Shown here piece by piece: positions 1 through 11,654 of a stretch of 64,000 nt of DNA. Source of the DNA: Camelus ferus (lineage: Eukaryota). Made by a program: the position numbers and the translations under genes. The stretch covers positions 34,100,001 through 34,164,000 of the forward strand of contig NC_045704.1 in assembly GCF_009834535.1 (NCBI RefSeq). Direction: 5' to 3'. The notes under the pieces were generated by a model. The model made no database searches and had not been told where the DNA came from. It worked only from the letters and a program-made list of their open reading frames with translations. Positions within the stretch are counted from its first letter, which is position 1. Each line of letters opens with the position of its first letter.

Positions 1-909
1 CAGCCCCATACTTTCCTTATGCCCTGAGCCATGAAGATTATGTAATGATCTTGCACACAGAGGTGGGTAAAGCCCCCTTCTGTTCCTTGGGATCCTTGCA
101 GGCCTGCAGGGTGGGCAGAGGGACACCTATCACAGAGTTGTACACCTCCTGGGGGAGCATCTGGCCTACGCATGTGCGCCTATGCATCTGGGTTGGGTGG
201 AAACAGCCAAGAAGACCTGCTTGGAAAGCACAGCAAAGGCCAGGCCTGCCCGATTCCACCACGGCAGGCAACCCAGACAGGAACTCCAGCAGGGATACCA
301 AAGTCCCATGATGCATCTGTCCAGGGACTGCTGCCTGGATTTCTTTTCTGCAAGAGGAGTAAGGTCTTGAATTCTGAAATATTTTTGAAACCTTTGGAAA
401 ATCCCACTTTAATCACTGATGACAGTCTGACATTTTTCCAGCTGTTTAGAAGCAGTAGACAACTCAAGTTGCTCGGCGGGGCACAGGCTGGCGTGCTGGG
501 ATATGTGTGGGTTCTAACCTCCCTCCCCATCCCTGGCTCCTCTCGGCTTTGAGGGAAAAGGGAAGGAGAAACAAGAAAACCAAAACCCAGGGATTTTGTA
601 GGTTTTTGTAGGGTTTGTGCCTGCCTGTGCCCTCTGCATTTGGGAGCTTACTCCTGAAAGTGAAATCTTAATTGGGTAATGATGTCTTTCCTCCTCTCAG
701 ATCCGTGGGCTCACCTCCTTCTCGCCAGCACGGGGCTCCCACAGCTTGTGTCTTCCCCTCATTAAATCCACCTCTTGGCCAGGAGCATTGTTTTTATTGG
801 CTCATCGGGTGCCAGGGAAGGCTCTATGTTTTTTGACATGGTCTTCCACGGGCAATCAAGATGTATGTGGATTATAATCCAGGTTCCATCTTCACCTGAC
901 TTACTGGAT

Positions 910-1060
910 AACAGCATGTGCTCAAATCCCAGCTTTGCCTCTTCCTCTCTGGTTGTCCTTGGGAAAGTTACTTGGCCTCTCTAAGCCTCAATTTCTCCAT
1001 CTTTAAAAGGCCAGGAGGAGAATTAAATGACTTAATACATATAAAATGCTTAGAACACAT
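910..1060 (+). mobile_element. MIR SINE fragment
   Basis: Degenerate MIR core: ccttgggaaagttacttggcctctctaagcctcaatttctccatctttaaaa, then aattaaatgacttaatacatataaaatgcttagaacac. Confidence 0.75.
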
Positions 1061-1239
1061 AATTAAGGGCTTAGGCATATAAGTATATATATATATATAT
1101 AAAATATATCTTAAAAGACATCTTTCCCACTTATTATTATGGTTCGATATATTACCTCCATCATCATATTTCTATCCATAAAAAGTAACACGTGGCTATA
1201 ACACTTACCACGTCTAGGTGTGGTTTTAAGATGGGGACT

Positions 1240-1370
1240 GTTGTTTCCCCCATTTTATAGATAAAGAAAACTGGGGCACAGAGAGGTTAAATAACTTGCC
1301 TGAGTTCACACAGCTAACAAGTGGCCGAAGCGAGAGTCACACTCAGGCCTCTGGCTCCAGAGTCACCCCT
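1240..1370 (-). mobile_element. MIR SINE fragment
   Basis: cccattttatagataaagaaaactggggcacagagaggttaaataacttgcctgagttcacacagcta is the antisense MIR core. Confidence 0.85.
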
Positions 1371-1449
1371 AGTCTTACCCACTGTGATCTGCTCATACAC
1401 GTAGCTCATGCTTTGCTGAACACTTACGATTTTTCCTTTTCCAATAACA

Positions 1450-2165
1450 TTTTAAACATCTCATTGAAGGATAATATACACACGTGAAATGCATGCATCG
1501 TAAGTGTAGAACGTGTTTATTTTCATGAAGTGAAAACCCCCACATAACCAGCATCCACATCAGGAACCAGAAGATAACGTCCCTCAGGAGTCCCTTGGGT
1601 CTTCTTCTGGTCGTTCCATCCCCTTCTCCCCACCAAGTACCCACCAGCCTGACTTCCAACAGCAGAGATTGGTTCTGCCTAGTTTTATACTTATGAAAAC
1701 AGTCACACATATTGTATTTTTTTGTTTCAAGTATCTTCTCAATATTATGTTTGTAAGATTCATCCAATCACGTATAATGGAAAATAATCTGAAAAAGAAT
1801 GCATATATATATATACACATACACATATATGTAAAACTGAATCATTTTGCTGTACACTTGAAACTGACACAGCATTGTAAATCAACTCTACTTCAATTAA
1901 AAAAATTTTTAAAGATCCATCCATCTTGTTTCTTGCGGTTGTAAATTGTTTATTCTCATTACTACATCAGGTCTCATTTACAATGTATCTATCTACTCTC
2001 CTGTTGATGGGTGTCTGAGCAATTTCATGAATAGTGCTGCTAGGAACATTCTGGCACGTGCCTTTTGGTGGACATATATACACAGTTCTGTTGCGTGTAT
2101 AGCTAGGAGTGGGACATAAGATATACATATATTAAGTGTCACTAGATATTACTAAACAGTTTGCC
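1450..2165 (-). mobile_element. Old L1 (L1MD/L1ME-like) 3' end, interrupted by a younger L1 fragment
   Basis: Antisense L1M 3'UTR motifs (ctgacttccaacagcagagattggttctgcctagtttt; ctctcctgttgatgggtgtctgagcaatttc; gctaggagtggg). Confidence 0.7.
1767..1911 (+). mobile_element. 5'-truncated cetartiodactyl-type L1 3' end with 12-bp TSD
   Basis: aactgaatcattttgctgtacacttgaaactgacacagcattgtaaatcaactctacttcaattaaaaaaa; TSD aagattcatcca (1755-1766) / aagatccatcca (1912-1923). Confidence 0.85.
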
Positions 2166-2167
2166 AG

Positions 2168-2170
<3 letters not shown>

Positions 2171-2208
<38 letters not shown>
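2171..2208. repeat. Poly(T) run of about 38 nt
   Basis: Uninterrupted T homopolymer. Confidence 0.95.
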
Positions 2209-2209
<1 letters not shown>

Positions 2210-3359
2210 GCACAGGGCACTGTGCAGTGGCATTGGGGGATGAAATTCAGGGTCAGGTATTTTGTAAGTGATTTCCCTTTCTGACATTTGGACCTAGTGT
2301 CAGGCAGAGCCATTCAGGCATGCCAGGGACTTATTGACAGGGTTTTGTTCACCATCCCACCTTTCTTTAATTACTGCAAGATATCCTCTTCCTGGAAAGT
2401 TGGCCTAAAGGGCAAACTGTGTGGATTTTGTGATGTGGCTGTTAGAGCTGAAAGGCAGAGCAGCAGTGGGCCTGATGCTAAAACCATCCCCAGGAGAGAG
2501 GGTGTGAGCCTAGCACAGAGACCCTCTCATCCTCTGAGTCCACCCAGCAGGCTGGAGTGGCTCATCTGCTCATCTCCAAACTTTGCCTGAGCACTCTCTG
2601 CATGGCCCGCCCTGTACTGGACACTGGGAATGCAGTGGCATTCAAGGTCGGTTGGATCCCTGCACTCTCTGAGCTTACATTCTCCTGAGGACTCAGATAG
2701 AAACACAGACAGGAACAAATTGAAAAATATTTTCAGAGCATGATACAAAAAATGGAAAAAAAACCAAACAAGGAGATTGGAAAGGGGTGGTGGTGGTGAG
2801 TATTGGAGACAGAACAGGGAAAGGACACCAGTCATTGGTTTAGGAATTTCCGCTGAGCAGGGCTGGTCTCGTGGGTGTGCAGATCTGTGTGCTTGCTAGG
2901 ATGCTCTGTGGTTGCTGTCCTAACAGTCTTAATCATTTTGAACAAGAGCACACATTTTCCTTTGGCTCCAGTTCCTTTGGATCATGTAGTCCATCCTGCC
3001 AAGTTGTTGAGGTCACCATTTCTTCTGGTGGGGAGGGGGTACAAAGAAACTGCATGTAAAACATCCTGACGGCTGAGCCTGGAGGACTCTAGTTCTCCTT
3101 CCCCCTGCCCCCTGCCCTTCATTTCTCCTCATCGTACAAGCTCTGGAACCTGGCTCTGAGGCTCCGGTGAGAGCAAATCAGGATCCCAATGGAGCGGTTG
3201 CTTTTGATGTGGGATTTTCGTGGCCCTGGGATGATTTATGATGGTGGGGCTTTCTCCATTGTGTACGCCGGAAGGAAGGAAAGAAGAGCACTTTAAAAGG
3301 AGACTATCCTAGTGCTGAGAACCTTGGACTTCAAGGTCTCTGGGGAGGGAGTTTGAGTC

Positions 3360-3650
3360 CTTCAGCAGAGGGCCTGCCTGGGGACCCCTGGGGAGCCAGA
3401 TGGGCTTTTAGGGAAAGCTGAGCATGAGGGATATAGGCATGTAGATGAAGATGGCCACTTTGCTGTCACAAAGAGAAGATTCAGTGAGATAATGAAAGAC
3501 ACGCAGGAGGGCTGGAGAGGGAGACACTAAGCCTGATGACATGCTTGCACACTGCTAGGAGTTCTGGATCCAGCCATTCCTGAAATCCGTACAGCTTCCT
3601 TATTTGCTTATTTCAGTTGGAGTTGGATTTCTGTTCCTTGTAACTAAGTC
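3360..3650 (+). mobile_element. MaLR LTR (MLT1J/K-like)
   Basis: ctggatccagccattcctgaa...tttgcttatttcagttggagttggatttctgttccttgtaactaag resembles the MLT1 3' end. Confidence 0.65.
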
Positions 3651-4060
3651 ACCCAACCAATATATCTACTAAATGTTAGGTGGTTAATATTTGATGTCTT
3701 TTTCAGTTCTACCTCTCTAACCAGATTGTAAGTTCCCCCAAAGCAGGAACCAGGCTAGATGTTCTGTGGCCAGTAGGTTTCGCAGTCTGCTGGCTGGTGA
3801 CTGAGCAGAATGTTGACTATCATGAGCTAGGGACAAAAGGCCTGGGGAGTTGGAGGCAGGGAGGGAAGCACACAAAGACAAGGCAGGTTGACTGCTTGTT
3901 CCTTCCCACATTACTCTATGCAGTCCGTGCTCCCAGATGAAGCTATCACAGTGGGTATTCCAGATACCATGTCTGTCCTCATGGGGCTCACAGTTGAGTA
4001 GGGAACATAAGTGGTAAACAAGTCATCACAGTAATCCCATATTATAGATATAAATATGGG

Positions 4061-4062
<2 letters not shown>

Positions 4063-4102
<40 letters not shown>
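4063..4102. repeat. (GT)20 microsatellite
   Basis: Perfect dinucleotide run. Confidence 0.97.
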
Positions 4103-4106
<4 letters not shown>

Positions 4107-4759
4107 ATACACACACCACCGCTAAGGTCCTGAATTCATTGATGTAAATTATTGTGGGAAGGTTGGCATTACGCTGGGTGCCTCAGGGAGTCCCTGTTCT
4201 CAGGGGAATTATGAAGAGCCTGTTGGGGGCACCTGGCAGTGTTCAGAGCAGCGTGGACATAGCACTGCAGTCATCAGATTGATTCTCTGGACAGTGTGTC
4301 CCTGGTGCCTTCAAAGTCATTTGTTCATGAACTGAGATGGCAGGAATGCCAGCGTGGTAGGGTGGCTGGGACAGCTTTCTCAATTCCTGCAAGGGAGGAA
4401 GCGATGACTCATAGTACCTCCCTGCATGTTTCCAAAGTCTTTCCCCCAGATTTGCTTTCTGCCTCCCAGGGGGGCCACAGCGGGTGGATGCTGAACTGTG
4501 TGTAGTAGTTTCAGGCACTGACTTTCCTTCACGTTGGCACGAGGCCTGCGTGAGGAGATGCTCTGTAGGGTGAGGATGAGGGAGAGTATCTCACACACAC
4601 CAGAGTGGGTGATTGTTGCCCTGGGCTGAGGGCATGTAGCTAATTGCAGACTGCATGCACCCGCTCCACCTGGGCTGGAGAAGGAACGTGGCCCCCAGGG
4701 ACCAGAGCCCTGGAAGGTCTGAAAGAGGACAGCGGGGCAGTGGAGAGTTTTAGAGCAAA

Positions 4760-4860
4760 GGCACCGGAGTCAGACAGACCTGGATCCTCGCTCTAGGTGA
4801 CAGCAGAGAAGTCACTTAGCCTCTCTGTGCCTCAGTTTCTTCATCTTTATGCAGGGACCT
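4760..4860 (+). mobile_element. MIR fragment
   Basis: ggagtcagacagacctggatcc...aagtcacttagcctctctgtgcctcagtttcttcatct. Confidence 0.8.
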
Positions 4861-6099
4861 CTTGCAGGATTTCCCAGCAACATGGTAGCTAATGATGGTG
4901 ATCTCCAGGTAGAGGGGTTTCAGGGCTGTTTGTTTTCTTTGTCCTTTTTAGTTTTCAATTTTTGTGCCATGGGCATGTAAACATTTTGAAATCAGAGAAA
5001 ACCAGTAAGAGCTATTGGAAAATGAAAAAGCAGTTTCTGAAAGACTGGAGAACACTGGGTAAGAGGAAAGAGGAGGTTCGAGTGAAAAGAATTTGAGGCA
5101 AAGAGCAGTCATTTGGTGTCACTGGGTCCAAGGATTGATGAGAAATATCAGTCTTCTTTGGGGGCGACGTGGGAGCCCAAAGGTCTCAAGTGGGCCATGG
5201 AAGTCTGGGCTGGGGGCTGAAGTGGGAGCTGGACTCCCCATCAGGACTGGAGCGGGATGGGGGCAGGAGAGTGGGAGAGTGAGGAGGGGGATGGGAGGAA
5301 GGAGGGGAAGAGGGCCCAGCCATGAGGGATGGAGCAGGACAGAGGAGAGGCCCCAGGGACAGACATCCTCACCAAAGGATAGCTTGGACGCACTTAGAGA
5401 TTCCCACACGTGCTTCAGAAAAGGAGGAAGAGAAAGAAGCTGTAGCACTCCCTGAACCCCAAGTATCTCTGAGCAGCCCCATTTCCTGCTTTGAGCCAGC
5501 TCTCTGCTGAGCTTCCAGATCTGTGAGGAGGGACACCTCTGTCTCAGTTATTGCCATAAACCCAGGGCCTGGCACCTAAAGAGTATCCAAAAAATATGGT
5601 TATTCAGCTGGTTTAACCCAAATACAACATGAGGCCCCATGTGGCTCAGTCTTACCTCAGTGTGGTATTTAGAGAAACAGAGTCCAAAATAAAAACTATA
5701 CAGAATTGACAAAGAATCTGAATCTTTACTTGTGACTCTCAAAACATTTCCATGTGGCTCTAATTCATAATCTGGAGCCACACTTCCTAAGACCCCCCTT
5801 TCTCTTTCTCTGGTCCTCACACATCCTGCCGCTGCAGCAGAGATGCTCGCTCTCCAAATGCCCCCAAATCTGTTCCTCATCTGCAGCCTCTGTGGCATTT
5901 CCTCTTCCTCATTTCCGCATGTCACACTTCATGGCCTCTCTGCCAGATGTCCCTGGAATGTCTGCCCTGGCCACAAGAACATGCTAGAAGGTTTGGAGAA
6001 CACATGGGCTCTTTGCTCTGAGTCCTTCCACATTCTTTAGAGGGAATTGTGCTGAGATCAGTGATCAAATGAACACGTGAAGGAGGACTTGGCTCACAG

Positions 6100-6305
6100 A
6101 AGGATCTGGGTTTGGATCCTGGATCCTCCTCTTGTTCACCACATGACTTGGTCCAAGTTATGAAACCATTTGGAAAGTCAGCTTCCTTGTGAGAGACACA
6201 GGGAAATTGTACACTTACTTCAGAGAGTAGTTAGGGTCAAATGAGTCAGTTCATTGAAGATGCTGTAACAGTGTCTGACACGGAGTGAGCACTAAGAAGT
6301 GTTGG
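6100..6305 (+). mobile_element. MIR fragment
   Basis: catgacttggtccaagtta...gtcaaatgag...cagtgtctgacacggagtgagcactaagaagtgttggcta. Confidence 0.65.
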
Positions 6306-6494
6306 CTAAGTCATCATCATCACCATCCTGAAATGTTTTTCACCAATGTTAAAAAAAAAAAAAGTGTTGGCCCTCTTCTGCCCCAGGAGAGAGGTGATGA
6401 CTCAATTTTCCTTGAATCTTCACCATCATTACCATCCTCATCCCTTCCTCCTCTCCCTCCTCCTCTTCCTCTTCCTTCTTCTCATTATCATTAT

Positions 6495-6660
6495 ATGGGA
6501 TCTGGAACCAGACTGCCTGAATTCAAATCTGGCCTCTAGGACTTATTTAGATCCAGGTAAACTGCTTAACTTCCATGTCCCATCTTCCCCTGTAAAAAGG
6601 GTTAATAATAGTACCTACCTCATAGAATTGCTGTGAAGATTAAGGAAGTTAACACCATAT
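6495..6660 (+). mobile_element. MIR fragment
   Basis: tctggaaccagactgcctgaattcaaatctggcctc...ataatagtacctacctcatagaattgctgtgaagattaa. Confidence 0.85.
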
Positions 6661-6869
6661 GCAGAAGAACTGAGAAGAATGTTTTGATACAGTAAATGCC
6701 CACCAAGTGTTAATTCTTTAGCAGTCTGTAGAGTAATGGGGAGAACCAGGATTGGAAGCCAGTTGTACCCGACAGCAAACTCTGTGTTCACAGCAACTAT
6801 CCTGCCTCCTTCCTTCAGGCTTAGTGCGGGGCCACTTGTAGTGACAAAAATGTTCCCTCCCCATTTGCC

Positions 6870-7380
6870 CCAAAGAATTGAAAGTAGAATCTCGAAGAGA
6901 TATTTGTGCATCTGGGCTTAGAGCAGCTGGTGGAAACAACTCACACATCCATTGATGGGTGAATGGATAAACAAAATGTCTACCCACACAGTGGAATGTT
7001 ATTCAGCCTTAAAAAGGAAGGAGGTTCTTCAGTAGCACATGGATGAGCCTTCAAGACGTTACCCTAAGTAGAAGAAGCCAGTCATAAAAAGGCAACTGCT
7101 GTATGATTCCACTTAGAGGAGGAACTTAGGGTAGTCAAAATCGTTCAGACAGAGTAAAGTGGTGGGTGCCAGGGGCTGGGGGGAGGAGAAATGGGGAGTT
7201 AGTGTTTAATGGCTGCAGACTTTCATTTGCCCAATATGGAAAGAGTTTTGGAGATGGATGGAGGTGATGGTAGCCCAACAATGTGAATGGACTTAATGCC
7301 AAGCTGTACACTTAAAAATGATTATAAGAGTCAATTTTTTTGTTCTGTGTATTTTACCATAAAAAACCAAAAACAAAATG
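6870..7380 (+). mobile_element. L1MB-like LINE 3' end (end of ORF2 plus 3'UTR)
   Basis: catccattgatgggtgaatggataaacaaaatg...gccagtcataaaaaggcaactgctgtatgattccactta...gtggtgggtgccaggggctggggggagg...gtacacttaaaaatg...ttttaccataaaaaa. Confidence 0.9.
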
Positions 7381-8254
7381 TTGCTCCCCTTCTGTCCCAG
7401 GAAAGAGATGACAGGACCCAGTTTCCCTTGGGTCCATTTGTTGCTAATCTGGGGGCTGTGGTTGCCCCAGTCATCTCTCTTATGCCCTGAATATGTGGCA
7501 TGGTGACACTGTTGGTGACCAACGGCAGTGGGCACACATAGCCAAGACCTGTCCTCACTCCATCCTGGAGAGAAAGGCCAGCAGTGTGAGAGGGTCGGAC
7601 AGAGCGAGTGGCTCAGGCAGCCAGGAGGTCCTTAAAATTCATTAATTTTGAAATCGGAGGGAAAAGTCTTATTTTATTGTTGTCTGTGTGTCGTTGGAGA
7701 AATCTTGTGTGTTTTTGTTGTCGCCCCGTTGGTTCGTGTGAGTATGGGTTGCTGTAGAGACCTGACCATCTCTTCCTTTGTCTCAAAGTCCCAGCCACGT
7801 CTGGGCCACATTCTCATTAGGGTCCCGATAGTGAGTGAACCATTTGTGTCGGATGGAACACACTGTGATGACCTGTGGATTGGATTTTTTCTCTTTCCCC
7901 CAGTTAAATTGCTAATGTACGCTGGGGTTCTTTTAACTAAAGTTGTGAGAGCTTCTCCTGGGTTGGGCAGTGGGGAAGACCATGCACTGGCAGAAATTGC
8001 TTCCTCTGGAATAGCTTTGATTGAAATTCTGAGAAAGTGAAGGTAATTTGGAACTTTCTGAGAGCAAGGCAGTGGGCTAACTGGCAAATCGAGGGTTTTC
8101 TTTGTCTCTCTCTCTCTCTTTTGGCTTAATTTTTCTCCCTGTCTTTCTGGGGTTCCTTGTCCCATTTCTCTCTGCCAAGCTATTTCTATTTTCTACTTAA
8201 AAACCCAGTTCAAATTGCTAGCCTTTTGGGACCTGATTATTTCTGATTAAAACC

Positions 8255-8345
8255 TTGCCTTTGCCTGGATTCCCCTAAGAGAAGATTCTAAGGCAAAGGG
8301 TGGTGTGCTACTAGTCTATTTGGGAACTCAGAACTGAGCAGGGGT
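8255..8345 (-). mobile_element. ERVL-type LTR fragment (LTR16/LTR33-like)
   Basis: ctaagagaagattctaaggcaaagggtggtgtgctactagtctatttggga resembles the antisense LTR16/33 3' end. Confidence 0.4.
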
Positions 8346-8914
8346 AGAATAAGGAGCGGGGTGGTGGGGGGAGGGTGTACAGGTTTTGCGGGGAGCCAAC
8401 ACTGGAATGCATTATGGAATGTGTCTCAACACTATCCCCCTGGAAAATGAAAGGGGAAGCTTTTTCCCATCAATTTCCACACCTGTTGGTCAAGAGTGGC
8501 CCCCGGCATTTTTGGGGTGCACAAGCCTGGCGAATACTGGGTTCCTGGTGCCTGAGAAGCCCCACAATGTCAGAGGAGTCCCAGGATAGGAGGCAAGAGG
8601 AATATGGGGGAGTCAAGGTCGGGGCTGTCTGCCTGTAACTGCAGGGAGCTGGCGGAAACCCAAATGGAACCAGCCTCCATGGCTAGGGTTGGAATAAAGT
8701 GGGCGGCCAAGAAATGTCCCATATAGACCTTGAGAAGCCCAAAGCTCCCAAGACACAGTAAGGTAATTCCACACATAACTAGTATTGTCTCTCTTTTCTC
8801 CTAACTTTATTCCCACAAGAGTCAGACACTCATGTGACCTGAAATCTCTCCCTGTTCCTCCTTCCCCCTCCCCCAATAAAACCCTTGCATGTCTAATCCT
8901 ATCCTAATGTGTAC

Positions 8915-9000
8915 ATCTCAGCCAGTCTGAACTAATGCACATGCCTACACTTAACTGCAAGGGAGTCTGGGAAATGTAGTTTATCTGGGTGCCCAAGAGG
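8915..9000 (-). mobile_element. MLT1 LTR fragment
   Basis: cacatgcctacacttaactgcaagggagtctgggaaatgtagttt. Confidence 0.65.
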
Positions 9001-9584
9001 AAAAGGAAGTGGGTCTGGTGAACAGTGAGCCAGTCTCTGGCACGGACATTAGGAGAATTAAGATAATATGTAAAGTATTTAGCTCTGTGCCTGACACGGA
9101 GCAAGGTGGTCAGTGGCTGTTCTTGTCACTGTTGCCATTTGTCCCCAGGTATCCAGTCCCTGCAAACATGCGATGAGTCTCTTTCTTATCGCCACATGTG
9201 GCTTGGCCCAGCAGGTGGTCTGACACACAGTAGATTTCTTCCAAATCGGAGTAGGGAAAATCACAGACACATGTCCTGAGATGGGGGCATTAGTGGGATG
9301 GGAGCCACCTCTGGAAACATCTCTTTGCCAGCAGCCCCAAGTCACCCCTCCACTTGGCTCAGCTGAGAGCCGGGTACCATGGTGTGACGTGCCCAGCGTA
9401 GCCAACATTGGCCCCTGGGAGAAGCCCAGACATCCCAGAAGGAGCATCTTCGCCCATCCCCAGGCATCTCCCTCCACGCCTGCTTCCAAGGGCCGCCACT
9501 GCTTTAAGAGTTCCATAAATGCTGATAATTGCTGCATTAAACTTGAGTTTATTATTTTCTCTGGGTGCAGGTATGTGGATGATA

Positions 9585-9828
9585 NNNNNNNNNNNNNNNN
9601 NNNNNNNNNNNNNNNNNNNNNNNNNNNNNNNNNNNNNNNNNNNNNNNNNNNNNNNNNNNNNNNNNNNNNNNNNNNNNNNNNNNNNNNNNNNNNNNNNNNN
9701 NNNNNNNNNNNNNNNNNNNNNNNNNNNNNNNNNNNNNNNNNNNNNNNNNNNNNNNNNNNNNNNNNNNNNNNNNNNNNNNNNNNNNNNNNNNNNNNNNNNN
9801 NNNNNNNNNNNNNNNNNNNNNNNNNNNN
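9585..9828. other. N-block (244 nt; masked sequence or assembly gap)
   Basis: Run of N. Confidence 0.99.
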
Positions 9829-9904
9829 CACGCCGTATGCTCGGGACTTACAAACACTGATGAGGGCATTAAATAACCATTAGCGTCTCGGCCTGGACCA
9901 CAGT

Positions 9905-10100
9905 NNNNNNNNNNNNNNNNNNNNNNNNNNNNNNNNNNNNNNNNNNNNNNNNNNNNNNNNNNNNNNNNNNNNNNNNNNNNNNNNNNNNNNNNNNNNNNNN
10001 NNNNNNNNNNNNNNNNNNNNNNNNNNNNNNNNNNNNNNNNNNNNNNNNNNNNNNNNNNNNNNNNNNNNNNNNNNNNNNNNNNNNNNNNNNNNNNNNNNNN
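9905..10100. other. N-block (196 nt)
   Basis: Run of N. Confidence 0.99.
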
Positions 10101-10260
10101 TGCTCTCTGGAGCGGCCGCGGCCCGAGACTGCAATGCCCAGGCCTGCTGTCGCCCAGCTTGTTTGCAGATTAATTGCTTTTCGAGCTGGCAGGAGCTGCC
10201 TCTTCAGCAGCCAGATCGTAAATGACCAGACAGGGACTTTATCAATCAGGCGAGTGCGTC
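10101..10260. promoter_or_regulatory. Candidate enhancer flank with HOX/PBX motifs
   Basis: ATCAATCA (reverse complement TGATTGAT) at 10241-10248, TCGTAAATGA from 10216, GATTAATTG near 10169; CpG-rich (gcggccgcggcccg). Confidence 0.45.
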
Positions 10261-10489
10261 TGTGACCGCTGGTGGACAGGCAGGAAGGCTGGGGGTGGGT
10301 GGAGGTCGAACCGTGGGTTGGGTAGGTGGCCTTACTGTCGGGGGCGCGGAGTGGGCAGCAATGGGGGTGGCAGAATCTGGGTGATGGAGAAAACCCGGGC
10401 TGGGGGGTCCCGGGAGGATTGGCCTTTTCCAGCACTCAGTTGCCTAGCTCTGGCCTAATAATAGTTTGGATAACAATAATAATAATAGC

Positions 10490-10700
10490 CAACGCTTACT
10501 AGGTACTGATACTTTATTTTTATCGACTGGTTTAATTCTCGTAATAATTTTATAAGGTTGTTATGACTAGGATTCTCATTTGTAGGTGAGGAAACTGAGA
10601 CTCAGAGAGGTGAAGTGACTCCCCCAGGGTCACACAGCTCAATTCCAGTGGATCAGCTGGAATTGAGACCCAGGCAGAACTGCTTCATGGTGGGGTGCTT
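10490..10700 (-). mobile_element. MIR
   Basis: aataataataatagccaacgcttact...tgaggaaactgagactcagagaggtgaagtgactcccccagggtcacacagct. Confidence 0.85.
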
Positions 10701-10779
10701 AACCCCTGCTGAGATGCTCTCTCTTAGTAGATGTGAATTGACTGCATGCCTGTCAAGTGCCTGCAACTGTGCTAAATTC

Positions 10780-11065
10780 CTTTTTATATAATAATAATTA
10801 TGTATAATATGTATCATATATCATAATATGTATATAGTGTATAATATATAAATAACAAATAATATATGTATATAAATAATATATAATTATATTTATTATA
10901 ATTATATTTAATAAATAATATGATTATATTTAAATAATATATAATTGTATTTAAATAAATAATATACAATTAATAATATATTAAATATTATTTATTTATT
11001 ATTGTATATTTATTTATTATACATTGTTTATTTTAACTATATATACTATACAATACAATAAATTC
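10780..11065. repeat. AT-rich low-complexity tract (degenerate TA/TAA repeat)
   Basis: About 280 nt of almost only A/T (ataatatataaataacaaataatatatg...). Confidence 0.9.
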
Positions 11066-11084
11066 CATTTATTACTTCCTGTGA

Positions 11085-11560
11085 GTGTTCATTCCATTAA
11101 TAAATACTTACGAAGCGCCTACTGTGTGTCAGGCCTGTGCTAGATGCTAGGGGTTCAGTGGTGAGCCTGAGGGATCTGGTTCCTGCCCTTAGACATTTCA
11201 CAGGCTGTGGGGAAGGCAGCTAATGGAACCAACAAATAACGGAACCACAGAGCAGAGTTCCTTAGAAAGGATGAGTGTGTTTGTGTGTGTGTGTGCGCGT
11301 GCACGCGTGTGCACATGTGTGTATGAGCAGGGTCAAGGAAAGCTTCCAGGAGCACATGACTTTTAAGCTGAGGCTGAAACGAAGCAGGGGCCAGCCAGGT
11401 GACAGGCCACAGAATGAGCATTCCAGGCAGGGGGGACAGCATGGAGGAGAAAGAGCATGGGGTGTCTGAGCAGCTGCGGGAATTCAGTGTGGCTGGGCTT
11501 GGAGGGGCATGTGTGAGCTGTGAGCGATGAGGCTCAGGAAGTCGGCAGGCGCTAGGTGGA
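11085..11560 (-). mobile_element. L2 LINE 3' region
   Basis: ttcattccattaataaatacttacgaagcgcctactgtgtgtcaggcctgtgctagatgctagggg...gcattccaggcagggggacagcatg. Confidence 0.85.
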
Positions 11561-11654
11561 GGAGGACCTTTGAACCCAGGCGTGTAGACAGGGCGCTGAT
11601 TTCTGCTTTCGAAGGGCCCTATCTGGAGAAGGGTCTTGTCAGCAACTTTGTAAG

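Noticed and set aside
9079-10435. Longest ORFs (250, 200 and 188 aa) and the similar ORFs at 47-48, 56.6-57.1, 59.3-60.1 and 63.4-63.7 kb
   Set aside because: They are long only because translation runs through N-blocks (X residues).
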